From: Pseudomonadota bacterium
GTDB lineage: Bacteria > Desulfobacterota > Desulfarculia > Desulfarculales > Desulfarculaceae
Direction: 5' to 3'
DNA: 64,000 nucleotides
NCBI GenBank assembly: GCA_018902755.1
Contig: JAHIQI010000066.1
Span: 17,417 to 81,416, forward strand
In this document: piece by piece, positions 40,945 through 48,945 of the stretch
How the letters are laid out: every line of letters begins with the position of its first letter
How positions within the stretch are numbered: the first letter of the stretch is position 1
Notes under the pieces: model-generated
Told to the model about the DNA's origin: nothing
Seen by the model: only the letters and a program-made list of their open reading frames with translations
Database searches by the model: none
Position numbers and translations under genes: made by a program

Positions 40945-40984
40945 TTGTTGGGTTTCGCTTCGCTCTACCCAACCTACGCCAATC
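40945..40984 (+). repeat. family-A repeat, copy A6
   Basis: TTGTTGGGTTTCGCTTCGCTCTACCCAACCTACGCCAATC. Forms a perfect 35-bp inverted repeat with A5. Confidence 0.9.
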
Positions 40985-41019
40985 TATATTTTTGCTGAAA
41001 ACAGACGCCTGAATTTAAT

Positions 41020-41195
41020 CGCGGCACAGCCAGACGCCGCAGGGCAAGGCGTTCGCCTACCAGGCTCTTTCCCTGCGGCACAGCCAGGGGGGGGCAGGCA
41101 AGGCGGAAACGAGCGAGGGACGCAGGCGTAGTCTACCTACGCCGAGGACCGAGCGATGTTGACAACGCCGCATGGCACTTCCTGGCGAAGCCGCC
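41020..41195 (+). repeat. family-B modules, copy B6 (about 1.5 units)
   Basis: CGCGGCACAGCCAGACGCCGCAGGGCAAGGCG...CTGCGGCACAGCCAGGGGGGGCAGGCAAGGCGGAAACGAGCGAGGGACGCAGGCGTAG-TCTAC-CTACGCCGAGGACCGAGCGATGTTGACAACGCCGCATGGCACTTCCTGGCGAAGCC. Ends 5 nt before the smr stop codon. Confidence 0.8.
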
Positions 41196-41199
41196 TAAT

Positions 41200-41931
41200 T
41201 TACCACTTGCGTCCTTTTGGCCCCGACCATTTGCGCAACAACAAATACATGGCGCCCGCTCCGCCGTCGATAGCCCGCGCGGTGCAAAAAGCCAGCACCT
41301 TGCGGGCGAAACGCTTGTGCTCCAGCCAGGCGGCCAGGCCCTGTTTGAGTACCGGCACCCCGCCGGGCGAGCCCTTGCCCCGGCCGTGCACCAGAAGGAC
41401 ATGCCTGAGGCCCCGCGCCGCCGCGCTGTCCACGAAGTCGGCCACCTCGCCCTGGGCGTCGCTGAGGCCCAGGCCGTGCAGGTCCAGGTGGTCCTGGATG
41501 GGAAAGGCCCCCTGGGCCAGGCGCTCCATCAGCTCCGGCCCCACCCCCACCGCCTGGCCGCTGAGGTACTCGTCGCTCATGCGCAGGTCGAAATCAGCCG
41601 TGCCGCTGATCAGCTCGGCCAGGTGGGCCATCACCTCCAGCTCCTCGTCCACCGCCTGGCCTATGTTGGCCGGGTTGGGGGGTGGGGCCTTGGGAACGGG
41701 GCGCTGGTCGCCGGGAAGCTGGTCCACCCCGGACATGGCCATGGCGAACAGGGCATCTTCGTCCTCGGCGGGAGCCTCCTTCTTTTGGGGCGGGGGAGGC
41801 GCGGGGGGCGCGGCCTGAGGCTTGGCGGTCTTCTTCAGCTCCTTGCCCAGGGCGGCGAAGGGCGAATTGAAGGCCTGCTCCTTGGGGGCAGGGGCAGGGG
41901 AGGCGGCTTTTTTCTTTTTCTTCTTGGCCAT
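41200..41931 (-). CDS. Smr (small MutS-related) domain protein
   Basis: C-terminal DLHGLGLSDAQGEVADFVDSAAARGLRHVLLVHGRGKGSPGGVPVLKQGLAAWL Smr motif; Lys-rich, low-complexity N-terminus. Confidence 0.85.
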   Translation of the reverse strand: MAKKKKKKAASPAPAPKEQAFNSPFAALGKELKKTAKPQAAPPAPPPPQKKEAPAEDEDALFAMAMSGVDQLPGDQRPVPKAPPPNPANIGQAVDEELEVMAHLAELISGTADFDLRMSDEYLSGQAVGVGPELMERLAQGAFPIQDHLDLHGLGLSDAQGEVADFVDSAAARGLRHVLLVHGRGKGSPGGVPVLKQGLAAWLEHKRFARKVLAFCTARAIDGGAGAMYLLLRKWSGPKGRKW

Positions 41932-42036
41932 GGTTCAACTATAGCCCTTGGCCGGGGAGCGCGCCAAATCCTCGACATACCCCCGCTCCTCGGCTACATT
42001 GAGAACCAGCCAAAAACCACCAGCGAGGAGCGAGAC

Positions 42037-42663
42037 ATGGCCCGGGTGGACGATTATCAAAAAAGCTTTGACCTGGCCGCCGAGGAGCTGGACCAGCGCG
42101 ACTGGGCCGAGGTTGCCCGGCGGGCCGGAGCCACGGCGGCGGACGACGCAAGCTATCTGGAGATGAACTACCTGGGCCGCCCGGTGCGGGTAAGCGCCCC
42201 GCCCATCACGGTGAGCGCCCTGGACGACGGCCCGGAGATCCCCCTGGCCGAGCAGGCCTTGATCCTGCACTACCTGGTGAAGGCCGACGGCACCGTGCCC
42301 AGCGGCGAGTGGATCACCTACCGCGAGGTGGAGGCGGGCGAGTTCTACTGGTCGGCTTTCGTGAAAAGGGCCAAGGCCCCCCTGGTGGGCTTTTTCGGCG
42401 AGCGGCCCGAGCTCTTGACTGAGCTGGCCCCCCTGGTGGGCGGCGAGGGGCCGGGCGAGACCGGCGACGCCTCGGTGATCGTGCGCGCCTTCCCCATGGT
42501 GCCCATCCAGCTGGTGCTGTGGGCCGGGGACGAAGAGTTCCCGCCGGACGGCAATCTGCTCTTTGACCGCACCATCGGCCGCTACCTCTCCACCGAGGAC
42601 ATCGCCCTCACCGCGGGCATGCCCATCTATAAGATGATGGCCCTGTCGCACCAAAGGGGCTGA
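42037..42663 (+). CDS. DUF3786-like protein
   Basis: Start set at ATG 42037 (MARVDDYQKSFDLAAEEL) inside an over-long track ORF. General resemblance to DUF3786 proteins that accompany CODH/corrinoid genes. The family assignment is from memory only. Confidence 0.5.
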   Translation: MARVDDYQKSFDLAAEELDQRDWAEVARRAGATAADDASYLEMNYLGRPVRVSAPPITVSALDDGPEIPLAEQALILHYLVKADGTVPSGEWITYREVEAGEFYWSAFVKRAKAPLVGFFGERPELLTELAPLVGGEGPGETGDASVIVRAFPMVPIQLVLWAGDEEFPPDGNLLFDRTIGRYLSTEDIALTAGMPIYKMMALSHQRG

Positions 42664-42679
42664 CCTCGCTCCGGCGCGC

Positions 42680-42960
42680 AGCCGACAACGCCGCCATGCG
42701 GGGTCTGGCGAAGCCACTCGGCACAGCCAGACGCCGCAGGGCAAGGCGGCAGGCGAACGAGGGACGCAGGGGTAGTAGACCTACCCCGAGGACCGAGTGA
42801 CGCCGACAACGCCGCCATGCGGGGCCTGGCGAAGCCGGTCGGCACAGCCAGGGAGTGCCAGGCAAGGCGGAAACGAGCGAGGGACGCAGGGGTAGTAGAC
42901 CTACCCCGAGGACCGAGCGATGTTGACAACGCAGCATGGCGCTTCCCGGCGAAGCCGAAA
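42680..42960 (+). repeat. family-B tandem array, copy B7 (about 2.3 units of 120-121 nt)
   Basis: GACAACGCCGCCATGCGGGG.CTGGCGAAGCC..TCGGCACAGCCAG......GGCAAGGCGG...CGA.CGAGGGACGCAGGGGTAGTAGACCTACCCCGAGGACCGAG.GA.G.. recurs with starts at 42684, 42805 and 42925. Confidence 0.9.
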
Positions 42961-43280
42961 GGTCGGCCCCCCGGTGTTAACCAGGGGGCCGATGCCAGGG
43001 AGGGGGGGAGAGAAGAAAAGTGAGCGGCTCGGTTGCAGGCCCGGAGGTCTTGGCTGGGTCAAAGCCGGAGAGTCGGGGCTTGGCAGGCGTTCATCGCCTT
43101 GAGGTTGCAGCGGCCTTCCCGCTCATGTCTTTAGCTTATTGCAGAGACCGTGCCTAGCGGGCCGTCGGTAAGCAACCGTTGTTATTACAGTCACTTGTGA
43201 TAATGGCCCGGAGTGGGGTGCCCGGCGCGATGCATAAATAAGTGGCGGCTGGGGGGGCAAACGCACAACCTTTACCCACC

Positions 43281-43297
43281 AGGCCCTCCGTTTGCAT
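43281..43297 (+). promoter_or_regulatory. possible sigma54 (-24/-12) promoter upstream of the BFD-like/cooC genes
   Basis: AGGCCCTCCGTTTGCAT has GG and GC at the spacing of TGGCAC-N5-TTGCA, 72 nt upstream of ATG 43369. Confidence 0.3.
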
Positions 43298-43368
43298 TCC
43301 CCGGATAAGGACCTACAGTATTAGATAGCGGCGTTGAGCCGCATATTTTTGCCGACCGGGAGAAGAGC

Positions 43369-43677
43369 ATGAGCGGCGAACACGAACACCACGAAAGCTG
43401 TGGTTGCGGCTGCGGCTGCGGCGACAACACACCCCTGGACACCGAGTTGGCCCGGCGCTGGCGCGAGGCCCCGGACGATGAGGCGGTGTGCCCCTGCTCC
43501 GGGGTGGACAAGGGCGCGGTAAAGGCGGCCATCGCCGCCGGGGCTTACACCGCGCCCCTGGTCAAGGCCATGACCGGCGTGGGCCGGGAGGCGGGCTGCC
43601 GCCAGAGGCGGGAGTGCTCGGCCGACCTGGAGGTGCTGGTGGCCCTGTACGCGGGCGAACGAGTGAGTTTTTGTTGA
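43369..43677 (+). CDS. BFD-like [2Fe-2S]-binding domain protein with His/Cys-rich N-terminus
   Basis: MSGEHEHHESCGCGCGCGD... followed by CPCSGV...(about 35 aa)...GCRQRRECS, which resembles the BFD-like CxC...C..C arrangement. The second Cys pair has non-canonical spacing. Confidence 0.5.
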   Translation: MSGEHEHHESCGCGCGCGDNTPLDTELARRWREAPDDEAVCPCSGVDKGAVKAAIAAGAYTAPLVKAMTGVGREAGCRQRRECSADLEVLVALYAGERVSFC

Positions 43678-43723
43678 AATCACCGGCAGCAAGCCGGACC
43701 CTTTTAGCCATTCGAGGTGAGCG

Positions 43724-44500
43724 ATGAAGATTGCGGTAAGCGGTAAAGGCGGCGTGGGCAAGACCACCTTCTCGGCCATGCTGGCCCGGTCCCTGGCCGA
43801 AAAGGGCCTCAAGGTGCTGGCGGTGGACGCCGACCCCGACGCCAACCTGGGCCAGGCCCTGGGCTTCCCGGACTACCAGAAGCTGGTGCCGGTGAGCGAA
43901 ATGAAGTCGCTCATCGCCGAGCGCACCAACAGCGACGGGGAGAACTGGGGCACCTACTTCAAGCTCAACCCCACGGTGAACGACCTGCCCGAAAAGCTCA
44001 GCGTGGAGCACCAGGGGGTGCGCCTGATGGTCATGGGCACGGTGAAAAAGGGCGGCGGCGGCTGCATCTGCCCGGCCTCCACCATGCTCAAGGCACTCAT
44101 GGCCCACCTGGTGCTTCTCAGCAAGGAGGTCTTGATCCTGGACATGGAGGCGGGCCTGGAGCACCTGGGCCGGGGCACCAGCCAGGGGGTGGACTTCCTC
44201 ATCGTGGTGGTGGAGCCCGGGCGGCGCTCGGTGGACACCGCCGAGCACATCAAGCAGCTGGCCGGGGACATCGGCCTGACCAAGGTCTTGATCGTGGGCA
44301 ACAAGATCCGCTCCGACAAGGACGAGGAGTACCTGAAGGACACCCTCAAGGGCTTCGACTTCCTGGGCTTCATGCGCTACGATGAACAGATCATCGAGGC
44401 GGACATGGAGGCCAAGTGCCCCACCGACGTGGCCATGAACTCCAAGGCCGCGGTGACGGCCATGGCCGACAGCCTCATCGCCAGGTCCGAGGCCAAATAA
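43724..44500 (+). CDS. cooC: CooC/AcsF-type Ni-insertion ATPase (CO dehydrogenase maturation factor)
   Basis: Deviant Walker A GKGGVGKTT and the conserved CICP (CxC) metal-binding motif in GGGGCICPAST. MinD/ParA fold. Confidence 0.85.
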   Translation: MKIAVSGKGGVGKTTFSAMLARSLAEKGLKVLAVDADPDANLGQALGFPDYQKLVPVSEMKSLIAERTNSDGENWGTYFKLNPTVNDLPEKLSVEHQGVRLMVMGTVKKGGGGCICPASTMLKALMAHLVLLSKEVLILDMEAGLEHLGRGTSQGVDFLIVVVEPGRRSVDTAEHIKQLAGDIGLTKVLIVGNKIRSDKDEEYLKDTLKGFDFLGFMRYDEQIIEADMEAKCPTDVAMNSKAAVTAMADSLIARSEAK

Positions 44501-44510
44501 GCTCTTTCCC

Positions 44511-44549
44511 GTGCCCGCCGCCCCTCTCCGGGCGGCGGGCACGCTTTTC
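44511..44549 (+). terminator. intrinsic terminator after cooC
   Basis: Perfect 13-bp stem GTGCCCGCCGCCC/GGGCGGCGGGCAC followed by GCTTTTCC. Confidence 0.65.
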
Positions 44550-44629
44550 CCGCCCCTTGCCCCACCGTCCGGCGTGGGCTATATTTATCCCAGATTACGC
44601 AGAGTTAACTTACATTTTTGTAGGAAGCC

Positions 44630-45061
44630 GTGCCCGAAGCCGAGCTGATATTCTTCTACGGCACCCTGATGCTGCCCTATCCCACCCTGGAGCGCCTGGG
44701 GGTGGAGCGCATGCTGGCCTACCAGGGCTGGGACGCCGTGGCCGGGCGGCTCTATAGCCTGGGCCGCTACCCCGCCCTCACCCTGGGGCCGGGCTCGGTG
44801 CGCGGCCAGGTGTTTCAGATGCTGGACCCGGCGGCCCTGGCGGTGCTGGACCGCTTCGAGGACTACCGCCCCGACGACCCGAACGGCTCGGAATATATGC
44901 GCAAGCTCCTGCCCCTCACCGGGCGCGAGGCCTCGGCCTGGGTCTACGTGTTCAACCGCCCCACCGATGGCCTGCCCCCGCTGGCGGGCGGTGACTGGGC
45001 CGCCCTTCAGGGGCAACCCCAGGCTTGGGATGACTTTTTCGCCTCCCGCACAGTAGAATAG
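44630..45061 (+). CDS. gamma-glutamylcyclotransferase (GGCT/AIG2-like) family protein
   Basis: IFFYGTLMLPYP...GRLYSLGRYPALT...VRGQVF is the typical GGCT-like core. GTG start. Confidence 0.75.
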   Translation: MPEAELIFFYGTLMLPYPTLERLGVERMLAYQGWDAVAGRLYSLGRYPALTLGPGSVRGQVFQMLDPAALAVLDRFEDYRPDDPNGSEYMRKLLPLTGREASAWVYVFNRPTDGLPPLAGGDWAALQGQPQAWDDFFASRTVE

Positions 45062-45092
45062 AGCCCGCACTTCTCAAACTCGGCGGGTGGTG

Positions 45093-46605
45093 TTGTTCAA
45101 ACGCATTTTGAAGTATCTGTCGCTGCTGGTGGCCGCCCTGGTCCTGGCCTGGCTGGTGGTGTACCTGGCGGGCTGGAGCATCCCCGCCGGGTTTCCTGCG
45201 GGCGGGCCTCAGCGATGAGCTCAACCAGGACCTGGCCCCCCTGCGCCTGACCCTGGAAGGCCCCATCCGCCTGACTCCCACCTTGACCCCCACCGTGAGC
45301 ATGTCCGGGATCAAGGTGGTGCGCCCCAACCCCAAGCTGCCGGTAATCACCCTGGGCTGCCTGAGCATCAAGGTGTCCCTGGTCTCGCTGCTGCACGGCG
45401 ATGTGAACCTGGAAAACGTGACCGTACGCGACCTGCGCGTGCCCCTGGCCCCGGAGCCGGGGCGCAAACAGGAAGCGGCCCTGCATTTTTCCCAGATCTC
45501 GGGCCGCCTGCTCATCTCCGGAGAACAGGCCAGCCTGGAGAACCTGGTGCTGCGCCAGGAGCACAGCATCCTCACCGGCCGGATGACCCTGGACACCAAG
45601 CCCGATCCGGTCAAGCTGGTCATCCACCTGCAATCGCCCCAGGTCGACCTGGACAGCCTGTCCCACATGGTGGCCCTGGAGGACGCCGGTTCAAGCTCCG
45701 GGCCACAGCGGCGGCGCGCCATGCTGTCCACCATGGACACCGTGGTGGAGCGGGCCATGAAAATGGTGCAGGGCGAGCTGGTCTTGAAGACCGACCGGGT
45801 GCGCTGGAGGGGCGAAACCACGGGAAAGGGCGAGCTGCGCATAACCGCCAAGAACCGCCGCCTGACCATCGAGCGCCTGGAGCTGGAGCCGCCGGGAGGC
45901 AAAATTCATTTGCGCAACGCCATCTGGCCGGTGGGCAAGGAGCTGGGCTCCAACCTGGAGATGGAGGTGCGCAACTTCTCCTACGGCTTCCTCACCCGGG
46001 AGACGCCCAGCTCACCCATGCGCTCCCAAGGGGTGTTGTCCCTGCACCTGTCCCTGGCCTCCCAGGCCCCCAGGGTGAGCGATCTTCTGGGCAAGGCCGA
46101 CGGGATGTTCCAGGTGGGGGTGTGGCCCAAGGATCTAAAAACCGCCTCCTTCGACCTTTGGGTGGCCAACCTGCTGTTCGCCTTCCTGGATATCCTGGCC
46201 AAGAAAACCGCCTCCCAGGTGAACTGCGCGGTGGGAAATTTTGTCATGCAAAAGGGCCTGATGACCAGCAAGGAGTTGATCATCGACACCAGCAAGGTCA
46301 GGGTAAAGGGCGAGGCCAAGCTCAACTTCGCCAATCGCACCATCTCGGTGCACCTGGAGCCCCGGGCCAAGCAGCCCCAGTTTTTCAACCTGGAGACGCC
46401 CATCCGCATCAGCGGCACCTTTGACCAGGCCTCGGCCGGGGTGAGCCCCGGCGGGCTGTTGGGCTCGGTGATCAACTTCGCCACCAGCCCGGTGTTCGCC
46501 CCCCTGCGCCGCCTGTTCGGCGACACCCTGCCCGAAGCTGGCAAGGACGTCTGCCGCAGCCCCCAAACCTGGCCCCCGGCCGCCGACACCGCCGAAGACA
46601 AATAG
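45093..46605 (+). pseudogene. AsmA-family outer-membrane assembly protein, apparent +1 frameshift near codon 30-40
   Basis: Frame 0 (45093-45218) encodes the signal-anchor (M/L)FKRILKYLSLLVAALVLAWLVVYLAGWSIP..., then hits TGA. Frame +1 is open from 45112 and continues ...PPGFLRAGLSDELNQDLAPLRLTLEGPIRL into the 440-aa track ORF, which has an AsmA-like C-terminus (NCAVGNFVMQKGLMTSKELIIDTSKVRVKGEAKLNF...PIRISGTF). Confidence 0.65.
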
Positions 46606-46726
46606 CCGTCCCGTTTTTGCCTCCTCATTGCGGGCAGTTGAGCCTATAATGAAAGATGCAAAAGCATCTCGCCGCGATGGCAAAGGTTGTTCTCGCCTAA
46701 TCTGCCCCTAGCGCGAGAGGAGCGCC

Positions 46727-48073
46727 GTGGATCTGAGCCTAGACATCCGCACCCTCTTGAGCGCCCTAACCGTGGCGTCTTCCTGCCTGGCCGTGGCCAT
46801 GGTCTTTTTCTCCTTTACCCAAAAGACCTATGACGGCTTCCGCGACTGGACCAAAGGAACCGTTCTCCTGGCGCTAGGCTACATGCTCTTCATGTTGCGC
46901 GGGGTGATCCCTGATTTGCTTTCGGTGTTGGGGGCCAACCTGACCTTCACCGCCGGAGCAACCTATCTGGTCGTGGGCACCCGCCGTTTCCTGGGCCTGA
47001 CTCCCCAAAGGCACCTTCTTTGGTTCGTCCCCACACTTTCTCTGATCTGGCTGGGATTTTTCTATTGGGTGCATCCCAGCCCTTCTTGGCGCGGTTTGGT
47101 GGTAGCGCTGGCCTGCTTGCTCATGGGCGCTTATGCGGCCGGCCTTCTACTGCTCCACTCTCCGGAACGCCGCCGCCTCCTCTACATGGGCACCGGCCTG
47201 ATGCTGGCTTTGCTGGGCCTCAGCGGCCTGGCCAGGGCGGTGATTTTGATGGTCATAGCGCCGGAGCACAAATTACTGGCCAGCAACTGGGCCCTCGCCG
47301 GCTATTTTATGGCGGCCCTTATCGCCCAGCTTTTCTGGACCGTGGGCTTTTTGCTCATGAACAGTGAGCGCCTGAGAAACGATCTCAACCAATCCCGCTC
47401 CCAACTGGCGGCGTTGGTGGAAAACCAGCGCAAGATTTTGGACTTTCTGCCTGACCCCACCTGGGTGGTGGACAGCCAGGGCCGCGTGTCGCACTGGAAC
47501 CAGGCCATGGAGCGCCTCACCGGGGTCCCCGCCGCCCGGGTCTTGGGCAAGGGCGATTATGAGCACGCCTTGCCCCTGTACGGTGAGCGGCGGCCCTGCC
47601 TCATCGACCTGATGCTCAAGCACGATCCCGAGTGGGAAGGGCGCTACCAGAATCTGGAGCACCGGGGGAACACGCTGGCGACCTCGGAGTTCTTCATGTC
47701 CGAACTGGGTGAGGCCGGGCTTTACGTGGCCGCCTCGGCCACCTGCCTGTTGGATGATCAGGGCCAGGTGTCCGGGGCCATCGAGACCCTGCGCGACGTT
47801 TCCGAGGCCAAGCGCAACCAGCAGGAGCGCGAGAAGCTGATCGACGAGCTCACCGCCGCCCTGGCCAAGGTGCAGACCCTCAAGGGGCTCATCCCCATCT
47901 GCTCCCACTGCAAGAGCATCCGCCGCGACGAGGGCTATTGGGAGCAGCTGGAAACCTTCTTCTCCGAGCACGCCGAGGTGGAGTTCAGCCACGGCATCTG
48001 CCCCGACTGCCTGGAAAAATATTACCGGGAATTCAAGAACAGCCCCTCGAAGTTGGACCACCCCGAGGGGTAG
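46727..48073 (+). CDS. membrane sensor: ~6-7 TM N-domain, PAS domain, C-terminal Cys/His-rich module; no recognisable enzymatic output
   Basis: Hydrophobic N-terminal 220 aa. PAS (FLPDPTWVVDSQGRVSHWNQAMERLTGVPAARVLGKG...). C-terminus LIPICSHCKSIRRDEGYWEQLETFFSEHAEVEFSHGICPDCLEKYY. Confidence 0.8.
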   Translation: MDLSLDIRTLLSALTVASSCLAVAMVFFSFTQKTYDGFRDWTKGTVLLALGYMLFMLRGVIPDLLSVLGANLTFTAGATYLVVGTRRFLGLTPQRHLLWFVPTLSLIWLGFFYWVHPSPSWRGLVVALACLLMGAYAAGLLLLHSPERRRLLYMGTGLMLALLGLSGLARAVILMVIAPEHKLLASNWALAGYFMAALIAQLFWTVGFLLMNSERLRNDLNQSRSQLAALVENQRKILDFLPDPTWVVDSQGRVSHWNQAMERLTGVPAARVLGKGDYEHALPLYGERRPCLIDLMLKHDPEWEGRYQNLEHRGNTLATSEFFMSELGEAGLYVAASATCLLDDQGQVSGAIETLRDVSEAKRNQQEREKLIDELTAALAKVQTLKGLIPICSHCKSIRRDEGYWEQLETFFSEHAEVEFSHGICPDCLEKYYREFKNSPSKLDHPEG

Positions 48074-48931
48074 CTAGGGAAGCGGGACCACCCCGATGAC
48101 GTTGGGGAGAGCCCACTGACCGGTGTTGGCCTCGGTCTGCTCGGCCTTGGAGCCGAAGCTGCCCACCACGCTGATCTCCCTGTCCCCGTCCTTGGCGTAG
48201 AGAGTGGCCTCGGGGCCGCCCTCCACGTACATGGCCGCGTGCAGCCCCAGGGGCAGGGCCAGCAGGCGCTTAACCATCTTGGGCATGGGGTAGACCTCCC
48301 GGCAGATCATCAACAGCACCCGGCCTTCACGGTCCTGGCCCACCATGGCGCTGGACCATTTCTGGTCCTCGCGCTTCCACAGGTTCTTTTTGTCCGGCGT
48401 GAACAATCTATAGTTCTGGATCAGGGTGCCGTAGCGGGCGCGGATATTGGCCAGGGGGGTCCGGGTGAGGTCGAACAGGCGCACCGGGGCCAGGCCTGGG
48501 GCCAGGGGGTCCAGGGCCAGCAGGGCGTTGTGCCCCTTGGCCGGGCGGGGGTTGTTCACGTAGCCTTTGATGAGCATCAGCCCCACGCTGGTGAGGTTGT
48601 CCTTCATGTACATGGAGGCGTTGATCACCGCAGTCAGCCCGAACTCGCGGCTCCACTCACGGGCGGTGCGGGCCTTGCCGCCGTGCTCTCCCGCGCAGAG
48701 CAGGCGCAGGGCGAAGCGGGCCGGGTCGATCCTGAGCACCACCAGTTCCGGTCGCGGCGCGGGGCCGGATGCCTCCAGGGCGAAGCGGGCCCCCTCCAGG
48801 CCTGGCCGCCAGCTCCGCCAGGGGCCGCCCGCCCATGAGGGCAGGGCCCAGGCCAATAGCAGGAACAGGGCGCAAGGCAGCACCAGCGGCTGGAATTTGA
48901 TTCCGCCGCCTACGGTGCGCCTAAGCTTCAT
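48074..48931 (-). CDS. secreted phosphodiester glycosidase family (DUF2233-like) protein
   Basis: Signal peptide; AVINASMYMKDNLTSVGLMLIKGYVNNP and the LLMIC/MYVEGGPEA regions resemble this family. Assignment is from memory. Confidence 0.5.
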   Translation of the reverse strand: MKLRRTVGGGIKFQPLVLPCALFLLLAWALPSWAGGPWRSWRPGLEGARFALEASGPAPRPELVVLRIDPARFALRLLCAGEHGGKARTAREWSREFGLTAVINASMYMKDNLTSVGLMLIKGYVNNPRPAKGHNALLALDPLAPGLAPVRLFDLTRTPLANIRARYGTLIQNYRLFTPDKKNLWKREDQKWSSAMVGQDREGRVLLMICREVYPMPKMVKRLLALPLGLHAAMYVEGGPEATLYAKDGDREISVVGSFGSKAEQTEANTGQWALPNVIGVVPLP

Positions 48932-48945
48932 GGTCTGATCTTGGT

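Noticed and set aside
42680-42960. The tandem repeats considered as a possible CRISPR array.
   Set aside because: The units are about 120 nt and contiguous, with no unique spacers. There are no cas genes, and the same module occurs singly elsewhere. This is not CRISPR-like.
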